DNA of 63,700 nucleotides, filler included, from Chiloscyllium plagiosum (taxonomy: Eukaryota): assembly GCF_004010195.1 (NCBI RefSeq). It is 4 parts of one record of this genome, joined end to end, with 100 filler letters (N's around TTAATTAATTAA, not from the genome) between each part and the next. Parts side by side here need not be neighbours in the genome. Positions count along the whole stretch, not along the records: positions 16,878 to 48,523 come from NC_057710.1; positions 48,624 to 56,947 come from NC_057710.1; 2 more parts are not named here. One strand, given 5' to 3'. Positions 37,701-50,311 of the stretch are shown here, piece by piece. The number at the start of each line of letters is the position of its first letter. The stretch's first letter is position 1. The position numbers and the translations under genes are program-made. The notes under the pieces were generated by a model that had not been told where the DNA came from, did no database searches, and was given only the letters and a program-made list of their open reading frames with translations.

Positions 37701-39576
37701 AGCGATGAGTTGTCAAATGTTCAAAGCTTTATATTGAATTTTGAAGCATTTGACTTGTAAACACAGTTTTTTACCTGTTTGTCTCACTACTAAGTTACAC
37801 ACATCTGTGAATAACAATGTGTATCTGTTTGGGGTTCTTGGAGAAAGGGGAATGATGTGTTATGTCTCATGGTCAATATACTTTTAAGAGATATGTATAA
37901 AGCACAACACTTTACTGGAAACATTCTCCTCTGTAGTAACATAATGGTTTAATACTAGTTCAGATACCCATGTGCCTGAGGAATGTAATGTTTCTATGGA
38001 ATTGCAGTTTGATTCACACGCCATACACCTTTTCTTGCTATGGTTGTGTTCCCTACAGATTAATATCTCGTTTTGGACTATGTAACTTTTTAAAAATTAT
38101 ATCATTTCGGAACCTTATGCCAGATGTTTTCTATCCTGAACTCCTGAAAGGCCAAACTCAAACCAATCAATCTACAAAATTGTAGAGAAGGAGGCACTTC
38201 TATCAACTTTAAAAGATCAGTTTGTTTCAAGATCCTCTGGTCAATTTCAGACTTTGCTAATTCTGTCTTAACTGAATAGACCATCCTGCCCTGCATTTCT
38301 AATCCTACATTCTCATCATGGCTTCAGTCAGGGTACTGCTATCCTGCAATGACCATATAAATACCATTAGACAAATTGCACATAGGATTCCACCACAACT
38401 GGGCTGCATTCATGAATGTAAAAGAAATAAGGAATCAGGAATTAAAACATAAAGATACATTGATTTCAGTTATTGTAAATCAATCTATTACTGTGTAAGC
38501 TCTCACTTTTTTCATAATTTTACACACCGCTATTAAATTATCCCTGAATCCGTAATGCTCTGAAGAAAAAGACCCAATTTTCAAGGCCTCCTTTCATTGA
38601 TATTTCCTCAGGACATGCATCATTCTAATGAATGTGTTTTAAACAGTCTCCAAAGCTTCATTATGCTACCTATCATGTGCAGCCTATTGCTGTTATCAGT
38701 ATGTCTTGTAATTGAGGTCCATGGTTAATATAGGCCTGTCATTGTCTTTTTCTTTATACTCTATGCCTCATGATAATACCTACAATTCCATTATCTTTGT
38801 TATTGCCTTATCAACTCGAGCTAATTTTTTAATATAGCATTAATTCGCTCAGCTGCTTAAAAGCACCAAACCAATTTGCATTCAGTGTACCTGCTACCTT
38901 TTTTTTTTCTCCATTAAAATGCAATACCTTGTGCTTTTGCCATTAATTTCCATATGCTTCCATAGCAGAACGTTTCTGCCTGAAATCAGCAGGAAGATGG
39001 GTGCATGCACTGACAGTACTGGGTGGCAGAGGCTGCCCTATCACCTGAACTGGTTTGTAAAAGGAGAGCTGCAAATGTACCTGGGCTCATTCACAAATCC
39101 CTTTTACATTCAATTCTGAATGCTGATAGGAGTAATAGTTTAACTGGGGACTACAGCAAGAGCCAAGTACCTAGCACCATGGCCTGCTCACCTGCACAAG
39201 TGTTTACAAGGAAGGCTGGAAGAGCAATATGACATATGTTTCAATAACAATAGGTAGGCATTTCTCTGCCTTCTTAACAGCACTGTCAACCTGTGTGGCA
39301 ACTTCCAGGGATCTGTGTAGGTGAACACCAAGATCCCTCTGCACATCCACACTACCAAGGATCTTTTCATTGACCCAGTATTCTGCCTTCCTGTTATTGT
39401 TCCCACAGTGAATCACTCACATATATAGTTGAGGGAAAACAAAGTCCCTCCTTTCCCAGAAACATCTGCTCTCTGAGGTGCTGCCACTGCTTAAAGTTTT
39501 AAATCCTAGAGTCACCTTTCCTAACAGGCCCCTGTTCTGAGTTCCCGCTCTTCCCGCTGCTGGCAACAGAAAAACG

Positions 39577-39642
39577 CCCAGGGCTGCAATCGAACCAGGA
39601 TCCCAGCACTGTGAGGCAGCAATGCTAACCACCGCGTCAACC
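39577..39642 (-). mobile_element. SINE tRNA-like head only
   Basis: Reverse complement gcggtggttagcattgctgcctcacagtgctgggatcctggttcgattgcagcc matches the head of 32949-33266. Confidence 0.75.
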
Positions 39643-41114
39643 GAATTATTAATGTAGAAAATAACATGTAGAAAATTTCTGTCATTTCCAACCATGTTAA
39701 AGAGTTGTATATTTTGTGCTTCCTCCTCTGCCTGGATTCCAAAATAAAGCCACTCTATCCAGAGCTCTGTTTGAAGACCTGTGTCACATTTCCCCTCAAT
39801 CTGTTCTCCAGAGATATCAGTAACTTCAGCCTCTTTTAGGTAACAAATGTTGATCCTCCTAATCTCAAAATATTATACAATGCAAAAACCAAGCCTCATC
39901 TCAGCATCCTAACTCCCTACTTCTAAGATTTCCAAACTGTGCAGCATTTAGCTGCCAGCTTTTCATTTCCTCATATTTTCATTTCCAATGGATGTGTCTT
40001 TATAATCACAGGTTGGTATCACAGAAGTTCCTTGTGTATCACCACTCCTCATTAAATTCACAACTTCAAAAGCAGCCTACAAGATGGACTCTGCTGTATT
40101 TCAATTAGCCCATTTAAAATTTCATTACAACACATCACCCCACAGATCACATTCATTAAGATCAACATTAACATGCAACAAGCCTCCAGAACCAAGGTTG
40201 CGGATAAATGATCACTGAAGGCCAAGGCAGAACAGTTCAACCATTTAAATGCCTTATCACAATTTGATGACAAAATTCAGTTTCGCAATTACATTGCATC
40301 CAACCCATCCTGAACCATTAGGACCAAAGCCAACGCAACTGACAAAGTAGAACCCAGTCATTTAACTTCCAGTACTAACTCTAACATTAATGTTTAATCC
40401 ACATGATCCTCTTGATTTAAAATTGAGTTTGAAATATACGAATTATCCTACTGCAAGATGGTGGGTTAATGGGCAGGAGAACTGGGAAATTATGGGAAGC
40501 TCCATTGGGACAGCTGTCTGCATTTGCAGCGCTGGTAATCTATGTACATTCATTCCAATTGGCTGATCATTCAACAGAGGTAAGGAACCAACTGAAATAA
40601 TTAAAGCCCCAATTTGTGGCAATCATTCATAGTCACTGTTCTTTTATTGGGGGGTCAAGCAACCTCCCATAGTGTTGGGAAAATGCCATCTCAATGGATG
40701 CAACCTCTGTGCATCAGTCTGAGAATATCTGGAATTGAAGTTATTCACGCCAAAAGAGGGAACACACACAGTAGAGGTAGTGCTCGTGATGTAACACTGC
40801 TCCAACCCTAAGGGACCAATAAGCTATCCCTTCTGGGATCTAAATGTTATAGTTGCTGACCTCTACCTCACCTCCAATTTGAGGTCCCTTCACATTCTCC
40901 TATCTGCCTCATCAGCATTTCTGTTAGAGCGTGGATAAATCTAAGAATAGCCGTCAGTATGGACTGGCGGGGGTCTCCAGCGATTGCAGCAAGCTTAGCT
41001 CTGCAGGAGGAACAAATTGCAGAGCTTATTGCAGACACAGTTACAATAGATTCAAGGATGGAGAGTCTAATTATTTCAATGTGTCCCAGAATGCCAGAGA
41101 TGCCCTGAGTAATA

Positions 41115-41770
41115 ATGTTGAAATAGAAGATGCTGGAAACACTTCGCAGTCAGTCAGCTTCTGTGAAGAGAGAGATTAGTTACATTCGAGCTTTGCTCAT
41201 AACTGGAAAAATATAGAGATGTAGCAAACATTACAGAGACAGAAAGGCAAACATGAAGAGAAGGAACAAGTGAAAGCTCTGGGATTGGGTGAAAGGTAAA
41301 AGATATTAAATGGCAAAAGTCATGATTGTACAAGGATAGAAAAGATTGGCCGATAAGAGGTACATATAGGAAAAGCAGAGAAATCACCAACAGCTACCAT
41401 CTAAAGGAAAATGGAGACAGAGATCATCATGGAAATTGTTGGTAGCTTTGTTCAGTTTGAAAGGCTGTTAAATGTCTTAGCAAAAGACGAGATGCTGTTC
41501 CCGAAGATTACACTGAACTTTAGTAGAACATGTAGAGGCTGAGAACAGGGAGTTCATCGGAGGTATATGATAACCAGAAGTTCAAGGTCCTGCTCCCAGA
41601 CTAGCCCAACCCAACAATCAAGGAGAATGCATCATCAATGCTAAAAATATTCTGGTAAATTGAAAGAGGTGCAAGTAAATCCCTCCCTTACCTGGAAGGA
41701 GTGTTTGGGACACTGAATGGTGAGAAACAATGAGGGAAAAGATAGGAATTGCATTTCCTGTGTCTATATT
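41115..41770 (-). mobile_element. Old PLE 3' fragment
   Basis: gaagatgctggaaacacttcgcagtcagtcagcttctgtgaagagaga resembles family D pLTR ends; hammerhead no longer intact. Confidence 0.5.
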
Positions 41771-43114
41771 GGAAGGAGCCATCGGTCAACTACCTGGTAA
41801 GGAACTGATTTCCATCAGATGTATGATGGTTTATTTCATTTGGATGTAATTAATGCTCATTCTCTCGGGCATCAACCATTTTGTTCAGTATGAGTTTTAG
41901 AAATCTAGACTACCTATAAAAATCATTCACCTTTGTTGTGTACTGATCTATAATTTAAGGTATATTTAGAAGTTCCAGCTGTACTTCATCCACATCGTTG
42001 TCATGTGAGCAGAGGAATAGCAGCAAAAGTTTCATTTATACATCACAGCAAAGCACAAACAGTGGAGCTTCCTTAATTTGTCAATGTAATTTGGTCTTTG
42101 GCTTGACAATGCTTGCAAAACCAGCTCAGACGCAGAGAAGCAAAGGACATCTGATGATAGGTAGTTTGTGAATACCTCTGGGATTTGACACTGTAGAACA
42201 TTGAACATAATAGTTATTATTTTCGTGAACTCAAAAGGCTCACCAAAAGACCCTCTATCTTCACTTCTGCTGAGGTTAGAGAAGGCTTTTGTGTATTGTT
42301 TGCAGAGATTATTAGTAATATTACATTTTTCAACTGAAGGATAAATGGGAAATCATTCAAATCAGCAGGGAGAATGGTTATCATTCACCAGAATTACTTT
42401 GGCTGGGCAAACTGAGTAATGGATTTCAACCTATTTGTGAGGTCTTTTTTCCTTCTCACTGAAAAGCGTAATATTTCAAGACTTGATTTAGAGGCCTTTG
42501 AAAGATCACATCGTAACCAATATGCATAGAGACAATGAGCCCTATCAGTGCTGTCATTTTTCATGTTTTCATGTTTTTTTTTTGCAATTGTACTGGTGAA
42601 TAGTTGATTTTTTTATTACTAGAAGCATAGCAACAAGATGTTTCTAAAAATAAAGCAAATGTGGAGGGAAGTGAAAATGTTTGATCTCCAACAGCCTAAT
42701 AGCAAATGTGCAGATTTCCTCTGCAAATGTTTGGTCTTGTATCAAAAATCCAAATCAATCGACATTTATTCATCTCCCATACCTTAATGCATATTTTTCA
42801 AGGGGTGTTTTATAGGGTTCAAGCTGTTTATTGTATTTGTGAAAATGGTTGAGCATGCTAAGAAACTGAACCTTTGACCAGTTTTTGTGCAGCAAATGAG
42901 AACCAGATGGATAGAATCTGAACCAAAATGCTCACAATGTATTCCCTTGGCACTAGCAGCCAAATCTGAAATCAGCTACATCAAATGTCCAGGCACCGTA
43001 CTGAAATGCCATTGTTGGCCTTTCTTATGCAAACTAGATGGTAGCCTTGGTTTAGCTGCAGCAGATCTTGCTTCTGTACTAGGAAGTTGTTCAATTCCTA
43101 CTAAAGAACCTTAA

Positions 43115-43360
43115 GTGCGTGACCCAGGTTGACACTTGATTGCAATATTGAAGCGGTGCTGCCTTGCCTTTTGGAAGATGGTAAAGCAAGGCTTCACTAA
43201 GTCTTTAAGTTGGACAATCAAGATCTCACAGTTTTAGCTGAAGAGTATAATTTTCCTGGTGTCCAAGCCAACTTTACGCTGAAACCAATGTTGCCAAAAT
43301 GACCAAGGTTTAGTGATTATTTCACTGTATGTGACACTATTCTATTTTCGATTTAGCTAC
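43115..43360 (+). mobile_element. Deu-domain SINE relic
   Basis: ccaggttgacact...gtgctgcc...gatctcacag...tgaagag...ttcctggtgtccaagccaac resembles the Deu central domain (from memory). Confidence 0.45.
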
Positions 43361-46300
43361 TATGTAGAGGAAAGCATAAAAGAAATATGTGATCCAAGCT
43401 AAATGTTTCCGCATTTCATTATTGAGGTCAATAAACATTTTGTAATTTTAAACTTGATACGGCGTGAGTGTCCCAATATGATTCAAAAATGTACCATGGC
43501 TGAAGAAACACTGTTTACAGCCTAAAACAATACAATTATATGCCACAGGAGGTGTAACCTTCAAGATTAATGGTATGCTCTGAACAATTCTGAGGTACAG
43601 AGGGGTTTCAGGCAGTTGAGAACTGTAAGAGGGATCACATTCAAGAATTCATACACACATGTTTTGACCTCAATTTTCTTCAAAAGGTAAAGGAGGTTAG
43701 CCAGCAAAATATGAAGACCTTCTTTGAACAGGTGTTCCTTAATTGTTTACAAGATCCAAGAAATTCAATACTAATTATAGTATATTATTGTATCTCTATA
43801 CAGTCAGGAAGATCCTGCATCCTTTAATGAAATAAGTTCAGAAGCATCTTGAGGTAGTGACCAAATGGGCATCATTTCCCTTGTTACAAATCCAGCTAAA
43901 TGGGGTTTAGGCATGGTTACTGTAACCCAGCACAAAAGGCGCATCTGCATTTGGCTCAAAGTAGGGTTTCTCCAAACCTTATGTCAGCAGAGAGTTCTAA
44001 ATTGTGCCATTGGATGTGCAATCAAGACTGCTTACATGTTTAGCTCCATTGAGGATACTTTACCTCAACTATCAACAGCAAATCAAGAGATCCAGCTTGT
44101 AATTAGAAGAACAGTTCCTCAGGGATTCTGTCCACGCTACATCTGGGATGGGACGGGGTGTAACTCTTCTCTAATCAGTGATTACATTTTCCCGAGTATT
44201 TTGGAAGAGAGTTTACCAGCTGCCACCCTTGAACACTGTCACATTCAGCTGACCACAGACCTTGGAAGAATAAGAATATCCATCACCAAGAAAATAATCA
44301 AGAGGCAGAAGATAAGCAAAAAGCAAGCAATATAAAATGGACAATAAGAGATTCTTTAAACATATGAGAAGGAAGAGAGGTCAATGTGAACACAGGCACC
44401 TCAGAGAATGAGACAGGGGAAGTAGGTTTTCTTTTATTCATTCATGAGAAGTGTGCATCACTGGCTACATCAGCATTCATCTTCCAATCCTAGTTGACCT
44501 TGAGAAGGTAGAGGTGAGCTGTCTTATTGAAGCACTGCAATCATTTAGTGTAGGTAGACCCATAATACCTTCAGGAAGTGAGTTCCACGGGAACCAGGAA
44601 ATGGCAGAGGAGTTGAATAAATATTTTACATCAGTCCTCAATATAGAGAATATTAATGATATTCCAAAAAATGCTAAATAATCAAGATACTAAAGGTTTG
44701 AGGGATTTGGAGGAAATAAACATGACAGCGATCACTCACAAAAAAGTGCAAGGAAGCTAATTGGGTTAAGGGCCATTAAGTTCCCTAGATTGACGGGTTG
44801 CATCCTAGGACATTAAAGGACCAATAGAGACAGTGGCATGCTGGTAGTAATCTTGCAAGAATCCTGGAAAGTATCAGAGGATTGGAAACTGCCAAAGTCA
44901 CATGCGTATTCAAAGAGAAAGGGAAACAAATGTGAGTAACAGTTGGCCAGTTAGTCATTGGGAAGGTGTTAGAATCTATTATAAATGATGTGATAACAGA
45001 GTCAACATGATATTATGAAGGGGACTCTATGTGTGACAGACTTATTCGGATTTTTTTTTGGGAGGTAACAAACAGGATAGATAAAGGAGAACTAGTAGAT
45101 GAAATATGTTTATTTTTCCAAAAAGACATTTAATGAGGTACTGCACATGTGGTTATGTAATAAGATAAAAGACTTTATTGTTGGGTGTAGCATATTAGTA
45201 TGGATTGAAATTTGGTTAGTTGATAGAAGACAAATAGATTTACTAGAATGATATCAGGAATGAAGATTTTTAGATAGAAGGAAAGATTAGACAAGTTGGG
45301 CTATTCTCCTTGGAGAAGGGAAGATTAAGAGGTGACCTTATTGAGATGTTCAAAGTATGAACAATTTTTAAAGGGTGCAAAAGGATATTCTGTTTCAACT
45401 AGTTGGTGTGTCAGTAAAGAGGAGGGACAATGTCAAGATTGTCAACAAGATAGCTAGGAGTGAGATATGGAGAGACTTCTTTACTCAGAGTTGTTCGGAT
45501 TGGAATGTGCTGCCTGAGAGAGTAGTTGAGGCAAATTCTCTAGGAGCTTTCAAAAAAACAGCTGGATATATATTTGAAAGTGGTGAAGCTGGAACACGAT
45601 GGAGATAGGTCTGGAGAGTGGGACGAGCCGGGTAGCTCTTTCGGGAGCCAAAACAGACATGATAGTTCGAAAAGCCCCTTTCTGTACTGTAAAGCGTAAT
45701 TATTCTATGACACTGATTGTTTGAGATAAAGTGAGTATTTTCAAGACAGCGGTCACAGGTGAGGTGCCGAAAGACTGTCGGTTGGCAAACATGATGCCAC
45801 GGTTTAAGAAAGGTGGCAAGGACAAGCCAGGGAACTACAGACCGGTCAGCCTGACATCGGTGGTGGGCAAGTTGTTGGAGGGAGCCCTGAGGGACAAGAT
45901 GTGTATGTATTTGGAAAAGCAATGACTGATTAGGGATAGTCAGCGTGGCTTTGTGTGTGGGAAATCATGTCTCACAAACTTGATTGAGTTTTTTGACGAA
46001 GTGACAAAGAGGATTGATGAGGGCAGAGTAGTAGATGTGATCTATATGGACTTCAGTAAGGCGTTCAACAAGGTTACCTATGGCAGACTGGTTAGCAAGG
46101 TTAGATCTCACGGAATACAGGGAGGAACTAGCCATCTGGATACAGAACTGGCTCAAAGATAGAAGACAGAGGGTGGTGGTGGAGGATTTTTTTCAGACTG
46201 GAGCCCTGTGATCAGTGGAGTGCCACAAGCGTCAATGCTGGCTCCCCTACTTTTCATCATTTATATAAATGATTTATATGTGAGTATAAGAGGTATAGTT

Positions 46301-46667
46301 AGTAAGTTTGCAGATGACACCAAAATTGGAGGTGTAGTGCACAACGAAGGTTACCTCAGATTACAATGGGACCTTGATCAGATGGCCAATGGGCTGAGAA
46401 GTGGCAGATGGAGTTTAATTTAGATTAATGCAATGTGCTCCATTTGGGAAAGCAACTCTTAGGAGGTAGGTGTTCCTGAACAAAGAGACCTTGGAGGGCA
46501 GGTTCATAGCTCCTTGAAAGTAGAGTCGCATGTAGATAGGAAAGTGAAGAAGGCATTTGGTATGCTTTCCTTTATTGGTCAGAGTATTGAGTACAGCAGT
46601 TGGGAGGTCATGTTGTGGCTGCACAGAAAATTGGTTAAGCCACTGTTGGAATATTGCATGCAATTCT

Positions 46668-46945
46668 GGAAGGTTCATTTCCAGACATTTCATCACCCTA
46701 CTAGGTAACATCTTCAGTGGGCCTCAGGTGAAGCACTGCTGAAAATTCCTGCTTTCTATTTATATGTTTGGGTTTCAATGGAATGGTGATGTCATTTCCT
46801 GTGGTGATGTTATTTCCTGTAGTGAAGTCACTTCTGGTTCCTTTTCTCAGGGGGTGGTAGATTGGGTCTAACTCGATGTGTTTGTTGATAGAGTTCTGGT
46901 TAGAATACCATGCTTCTAGGAATTCTCGTGCGTGTCTTCTCAAGA
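46668..46945 (-). mobile_element. PLE 3' fragment (family C, as 5810-6349)
   Basis: ORF 46701..46952 AREFLEAWYSNQNSINKHIELDPIYHPL (GIY-YIG C-terminus), followed by a hammerhead. Confidence 0.85.
46681..46720 (-). ncRNA. Minimal hammerhead motif, family C
   Basis: Minus strand: CCA-CTGAAGA-T-GTTACC-TAGTAG-GGTGAT-GAAAT-GTC-TGG; stem I CCA/TGG, 6-bp stem II with G-U pairs. Confidence 0.7.
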
Positions 46946-47019
46946 CTTGCAATTGGAGAGTGTCTGCAGAAGGTTCACTCGCCTGATTCTGGATATAGAA
47001 ATTTTCTTAGTAAGGGATC

Positions 47020-47232
47020 ATGTAGAGGTGCTGTTGTTGGACTGGTGAGGATAAGGTCAGAGGTCTCAACATGCCAGATTGTAGTCCAACAGGTTTATTG
47101 AAATCACAAGCTTTCAGAGCACTACTCCTTCATCAGGTCACTTCACCTGATGAAGGAGCAGTGCTCCAAAAGCTTATGATTTCAAATAAACCCTTTTGGA
47201 CTTGACCTGGTGTTGTGGGACTCCTGACCTTA
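47020..47232. mobile_element. Fold-back PLE mini-element (family B) with head-to-head hammerhead cores
   Basis: tcatcag (47130-36, minus-strand CTGATGA) and CTGATGA (47147-53) each lead into a GGAGC..GCTCC-like stem II; some core mutations. Confidence 0.8.
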
Positions 47233-47954
47233 TTAAGAGAAGTTGAGTAGGTTGGGCTTGGACTCATTAAAGACAAGATGAATGAGATGAGACCTTATTG
47301 AAATATACAAGATTCAGAGGGGACTTGACAAGAAGATGCAGAGAAGTTATTTCCCAGAGTATCCTACAGCATGGAGACAGTCCCTTTGGCCTAAACTGGT
47401 CCATGCCAACCAAAATGTCCATTAACACTAACCTCATTTCCCTGCACTTAGCCCATAACTTTCTAATCCTTTCCTATTTATGTATTTATCCAAATGCCAC
47501 TTAAATGTTGTTAATGTAGCTGCCTCAACCACTTCCACTGGCAGCTCATTCCATATGCGTACCATCCTCTGTGTAAAAAAGTTGCCCCTCAGTTTCCATT
47601 TTATTCTTTCCTCTCTAACCTTAAACTGATGCCTTCTAATCCTCGATTCCCAACCCAATGAAAAAGACTGAGTGCATTCACCCTATCCATGCCCCTGAAT
47701 TGAGTGATATTTGAAATGTATCTGCCATTCCACCAGCCCGTCTGTGATCTTTTGAACTCTATCACTCTGTTCCTTGCCTTTCTGGGATTTGTGCCATCTG
47801 CAAATTTTGAAATTGTGCATTACATACCAAGGTGTAGGACTCTGAGGTGGATCAATAAAAGTGGTGGCTCAAACACCAACACTTGGGAATTCCACTTTAA
47901 ACCTTATTGTGGTTCGAAAAATAGCTGTTCATCATAAGCCTCTCTGTCCTGTCA

Positions 47955-48122
47955 GAGTCGTAAGAGTGGTGCTGGAAAAGCACAGCAGGTCAGGCAGCAT
48001 CCGAGGAGCAGGAGAATTGACATTTCGGGCAAGAGCCCTTCATCAGAATTCCTGATGCTGCCTGACCTGCTGTGCCTTTCCAGCACCACAATCTCCAGCC
48101 CCTGCAATCCTCACTTTCTCCT
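47955..48122. mobile_element. Fold-back PLE mini-element (family A)
   Basis: Inverted arms and tail ending cctcactttctcct; imperfect flanking repeat ending tcctgtca (47947-54, 48131-38). Confidence 0.85.
48014..48051 (-). ncRNA. Minimal hammerhead motif, family A
   Basis: Minus strand: GAATT-CTGATGA-A-GGGC-TCTT-GCCC-GAAAT-GTC-AATTC; 5-bp stem I. Confidence 0.7.
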
Positions 48123-48339
48123 CCCCTGTTTCCTGTCATTCAGCCGACTTCATGTCTATGCTGTCACTGTCTCTTCTATTGCATGGCTTCAACTTTTCTG
48201 ACCAGCCTGATCTAGCACTTCTGTCTTTTGGAAACCCATGCATACGACATCAACCACATTACCTTCATTGACTCTTTCTGATACAGCATTGAAAAATGGA
48301 ATCAAATTAATGGAGCATACTTTGTATTTAATTTAATAT

Positions 48340-48523
48340 GCTGAAACTGTGTTGCTGGAAAAGTGCAGCAGGTCAGGCAGCTTCCAAGGAGCAGGAGAAT
48401 CGACATTTCGGGCATGAGCCCTTCCTCAGGAATGAGGAAAGTGTGCCAAGCAGGCTAAGATAAAAGGTAGGGAGGAGGGACTTGGGGGAGGGGCGTTGGA
48501 AATGCGATAGGTGGAAGGAGGTT
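48340..48523 (-). mobile_element. PLE pLTR/3'UTR (family A) running into a gap
   Basis: Minus strand CTGAGGA-A-GGGC-TCAT-GCCC-GAAAT-GTC near 48403-48430, preceded by the C-rich UTR. Confidence 0.85.
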
Positions 48524-48623
48524 NNNNNNNNNNNNNNNNNNNNNNNNNNNNNNNNNNNNNNNNNNNNTTAATTAATTAANNNNNNNNNNNNNNNNNNNNN
48601 NNNNNNNNNNNNNNNNNNNNNNN
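48524..48623. other. Artificial scaffold spacer N44-TTAATTAATTAA-N44
   Basis: Same 100-bp unit as 16778-16877. Confidence 0.95.
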
Positions 48624-50185
48624 ATTATTAAAAATAAAAAACAACAAAAACCAGAAAACAAACCAACATATAAAGTGCCAATAGCGCTGAGTAGGGGAAC
48701 TCACCCCCTGCCCGGAGGGGGCAACTACCCGTCCCGAACTGCCCATAAATAGGCATCTAACCATCTCAACCACCTTCGCTTCGCAAGCACAAGCTAAAAA
48801 GAATAAACACCCCATAGAATATCAATATGAATTAAAAAAACATTCTTTTATAAAAAAAAGGAATAAATACCCCACCCATCCTTTGGTATGTCCTAACTTA
48901 TAAATTTAAAATGTACATCTTAACTACTGCCCGACATAGTTTGAACCAAATTATCATCAATAGAGGGAGAAAAAAGGGGAAAAAACCAAACTCCAACCGG
49001 ATTTCCTCCATTTCTTTTACAGAATGATAAACGCATAAAAAAAACATTCTTTTATAAAAAAAAGGAATAAATACCCCACCCATCCTTTGGTATGTCCTAA
49101 CTCCAACCGGATTTCCTCCATTTCTTTTACAGAATGATAAACACATACCCAAGCAACGATATTTATACATACTACAATTGTTTAACTTAGGTTAGTTTGT
49201 CCACAAAGTCTCTTGCCTTCTCGGATGTGTCAAAGAGATGAACGGATCCATCTAAGGTGATTCGAAGCACTGCCGGATATCTCAGGGAGTACTGAATCCC
49301 AAGCTCCTTCAATCTTCTCTTGACACCATCATACGATTTTTGTTTCTGGAACACCGCCGCTGAAAAGTCCTGAAAAAACATGATCTTGGACCCCTCGTAA
49401 GTTAGGGCCTTTGGATCCTTCCCCTGGAGTCTGGAAGCCTCCATGACTCTCTCCTTATCCCGGTAATGATGGAACCGCACCAGGAAAGGACGAGCGTTGA
49501 CCCAGACCCGGCCTCTATGCTGCGACCCGGTGAGCCCTCTCTATCTTCAATCCTCTTAAGCCAGTCTCCGAGTCAAGGAATTTCAGAAGCCAATCTTCAA
49601 CAAATTCCGCAGGCTGCTCACCTTCCTTACCCTCGGGCAGACCGATGATCCAAATGTTTTTTCTCCTACCCCTGTTTTCAAGATCATCCACTTGGTCACA
49701 CAAATTATGAACCTGCATCTTCAGGGCTTGGATCTCTTCCTTGAATGAACTGGCATCAGCTTCCACCACTGTGACCCTGTGCTCCACCTCATCCGTCCTC
49801 TTCTCCAGGTCTCCCAGCTGCTGCTCATGCTTCTGCAGCATGAGAGAGACTGGAGCCAGCTTCTCTTCAATCTGTTTCCCCAACATATCGCGAGATTTCG
49901 AGAGCTGGTTCACCAGGTCCTGGAGAGTAATCTGCTCTGAGGCTGGTGCAGGCTGAGCTGCAGGCCCGGCCTCAGATGCTCCTCCTCCCTTTTTCGGCAT
50001 TTCTGGACAGTTGAAAATACAGGTAAGTCAATTTTTAAATGTTTCTTGGGGCTCCACAATCTTTCCAACACCCCAAGAAATCCTGATGACCTTGGTTGGG
50101 TGGGTTAAAGGACCGTCCTGCTCCTGCTGGGATACGAAGCTCTGCAGTGTGATCTTCTCAGGTCGCCGCCATCTTAGATCCCCCC
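48624..50185 (-). mobile_element. L1-clade LINE 5' part: 5'UTR, ORF1, inter-ORF spacer
   Basis: Starts GGGGGGATCTAAGATGGCGG at 50185; ORF1 follows; truncated by the scaffold spacer. Confidence 0.9.
49187..50000 (-). pseudogene. L1 ORF1p (coiled coil, RRM, CTD), disrupted
   Basis: DDLENRGRRKNIWIIGLPEG...IERAHR...RPFLVRFHHYRDKERVM...IMFFQDFS...YSLRYPAVLRI; stop codon at 49515-17 and a frameshift near 49492. Confidence 0.9.
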
Positions 50186-50311
50186 TCCATCACTATTTTA
50201 AAACAAATAGAATTATGGTCGCTCGTCCCAAAGTGCTCCCCCACTGACACCTCAGTCACCTGCCCTGCCTTATTTCCCAAGTGTAGGTCAAGCTTTGCAA
50301 CTTCTCTAGTA
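50186..50311 (-). mobile_element. CR1 endonuclease-region fragment flanking the L1 5' end
   Basis: TREVAKLDLHLGNKAGQVTEVSVGEHFGTSDHNSICFKIVME; near-identical to about 16985-17110. Confidence 0.85.

Larger units (their letters stand above)
44330..47350 (+). mobile_element. Cluster of plus-strand CR1 ORF2 relics with nested PLE pieces
   Basis: KPGNYRPVSLTSVVGKLLE (45731..45925), KSCLTNLIEFFDEVT...DVIYMDFSKAF (45953..46162), SGVPQASMLAPLLFIIYINDL...SKFADDTK (46208..46423). Confidence 0.9.
47355..48310 (-). mobile_element. CR1 relics (3' end at 47355-47695, older RT piece beyond)
   Basis: ORF 47434..47658 LRGNFFTQRMVRIWNELPVEVVEAATLTTFKWHLDKY. Confidence 0.85.

Noticed and set aside
40430..41110. 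Possible degenerate DNA-transposon relic (similar character at 430-620, 8760-8940, 11880-12340)
   Set aside because: I could not define TIRs, TSDs or transposase motifs from the sequence alone.
43865..44335. 156-aa ORF in unique sequence (also 644..940 and 8575..8925)
   Set aside because: No recognisable domain or splice pattern; such lengths occur by chance or in decayed repeats.
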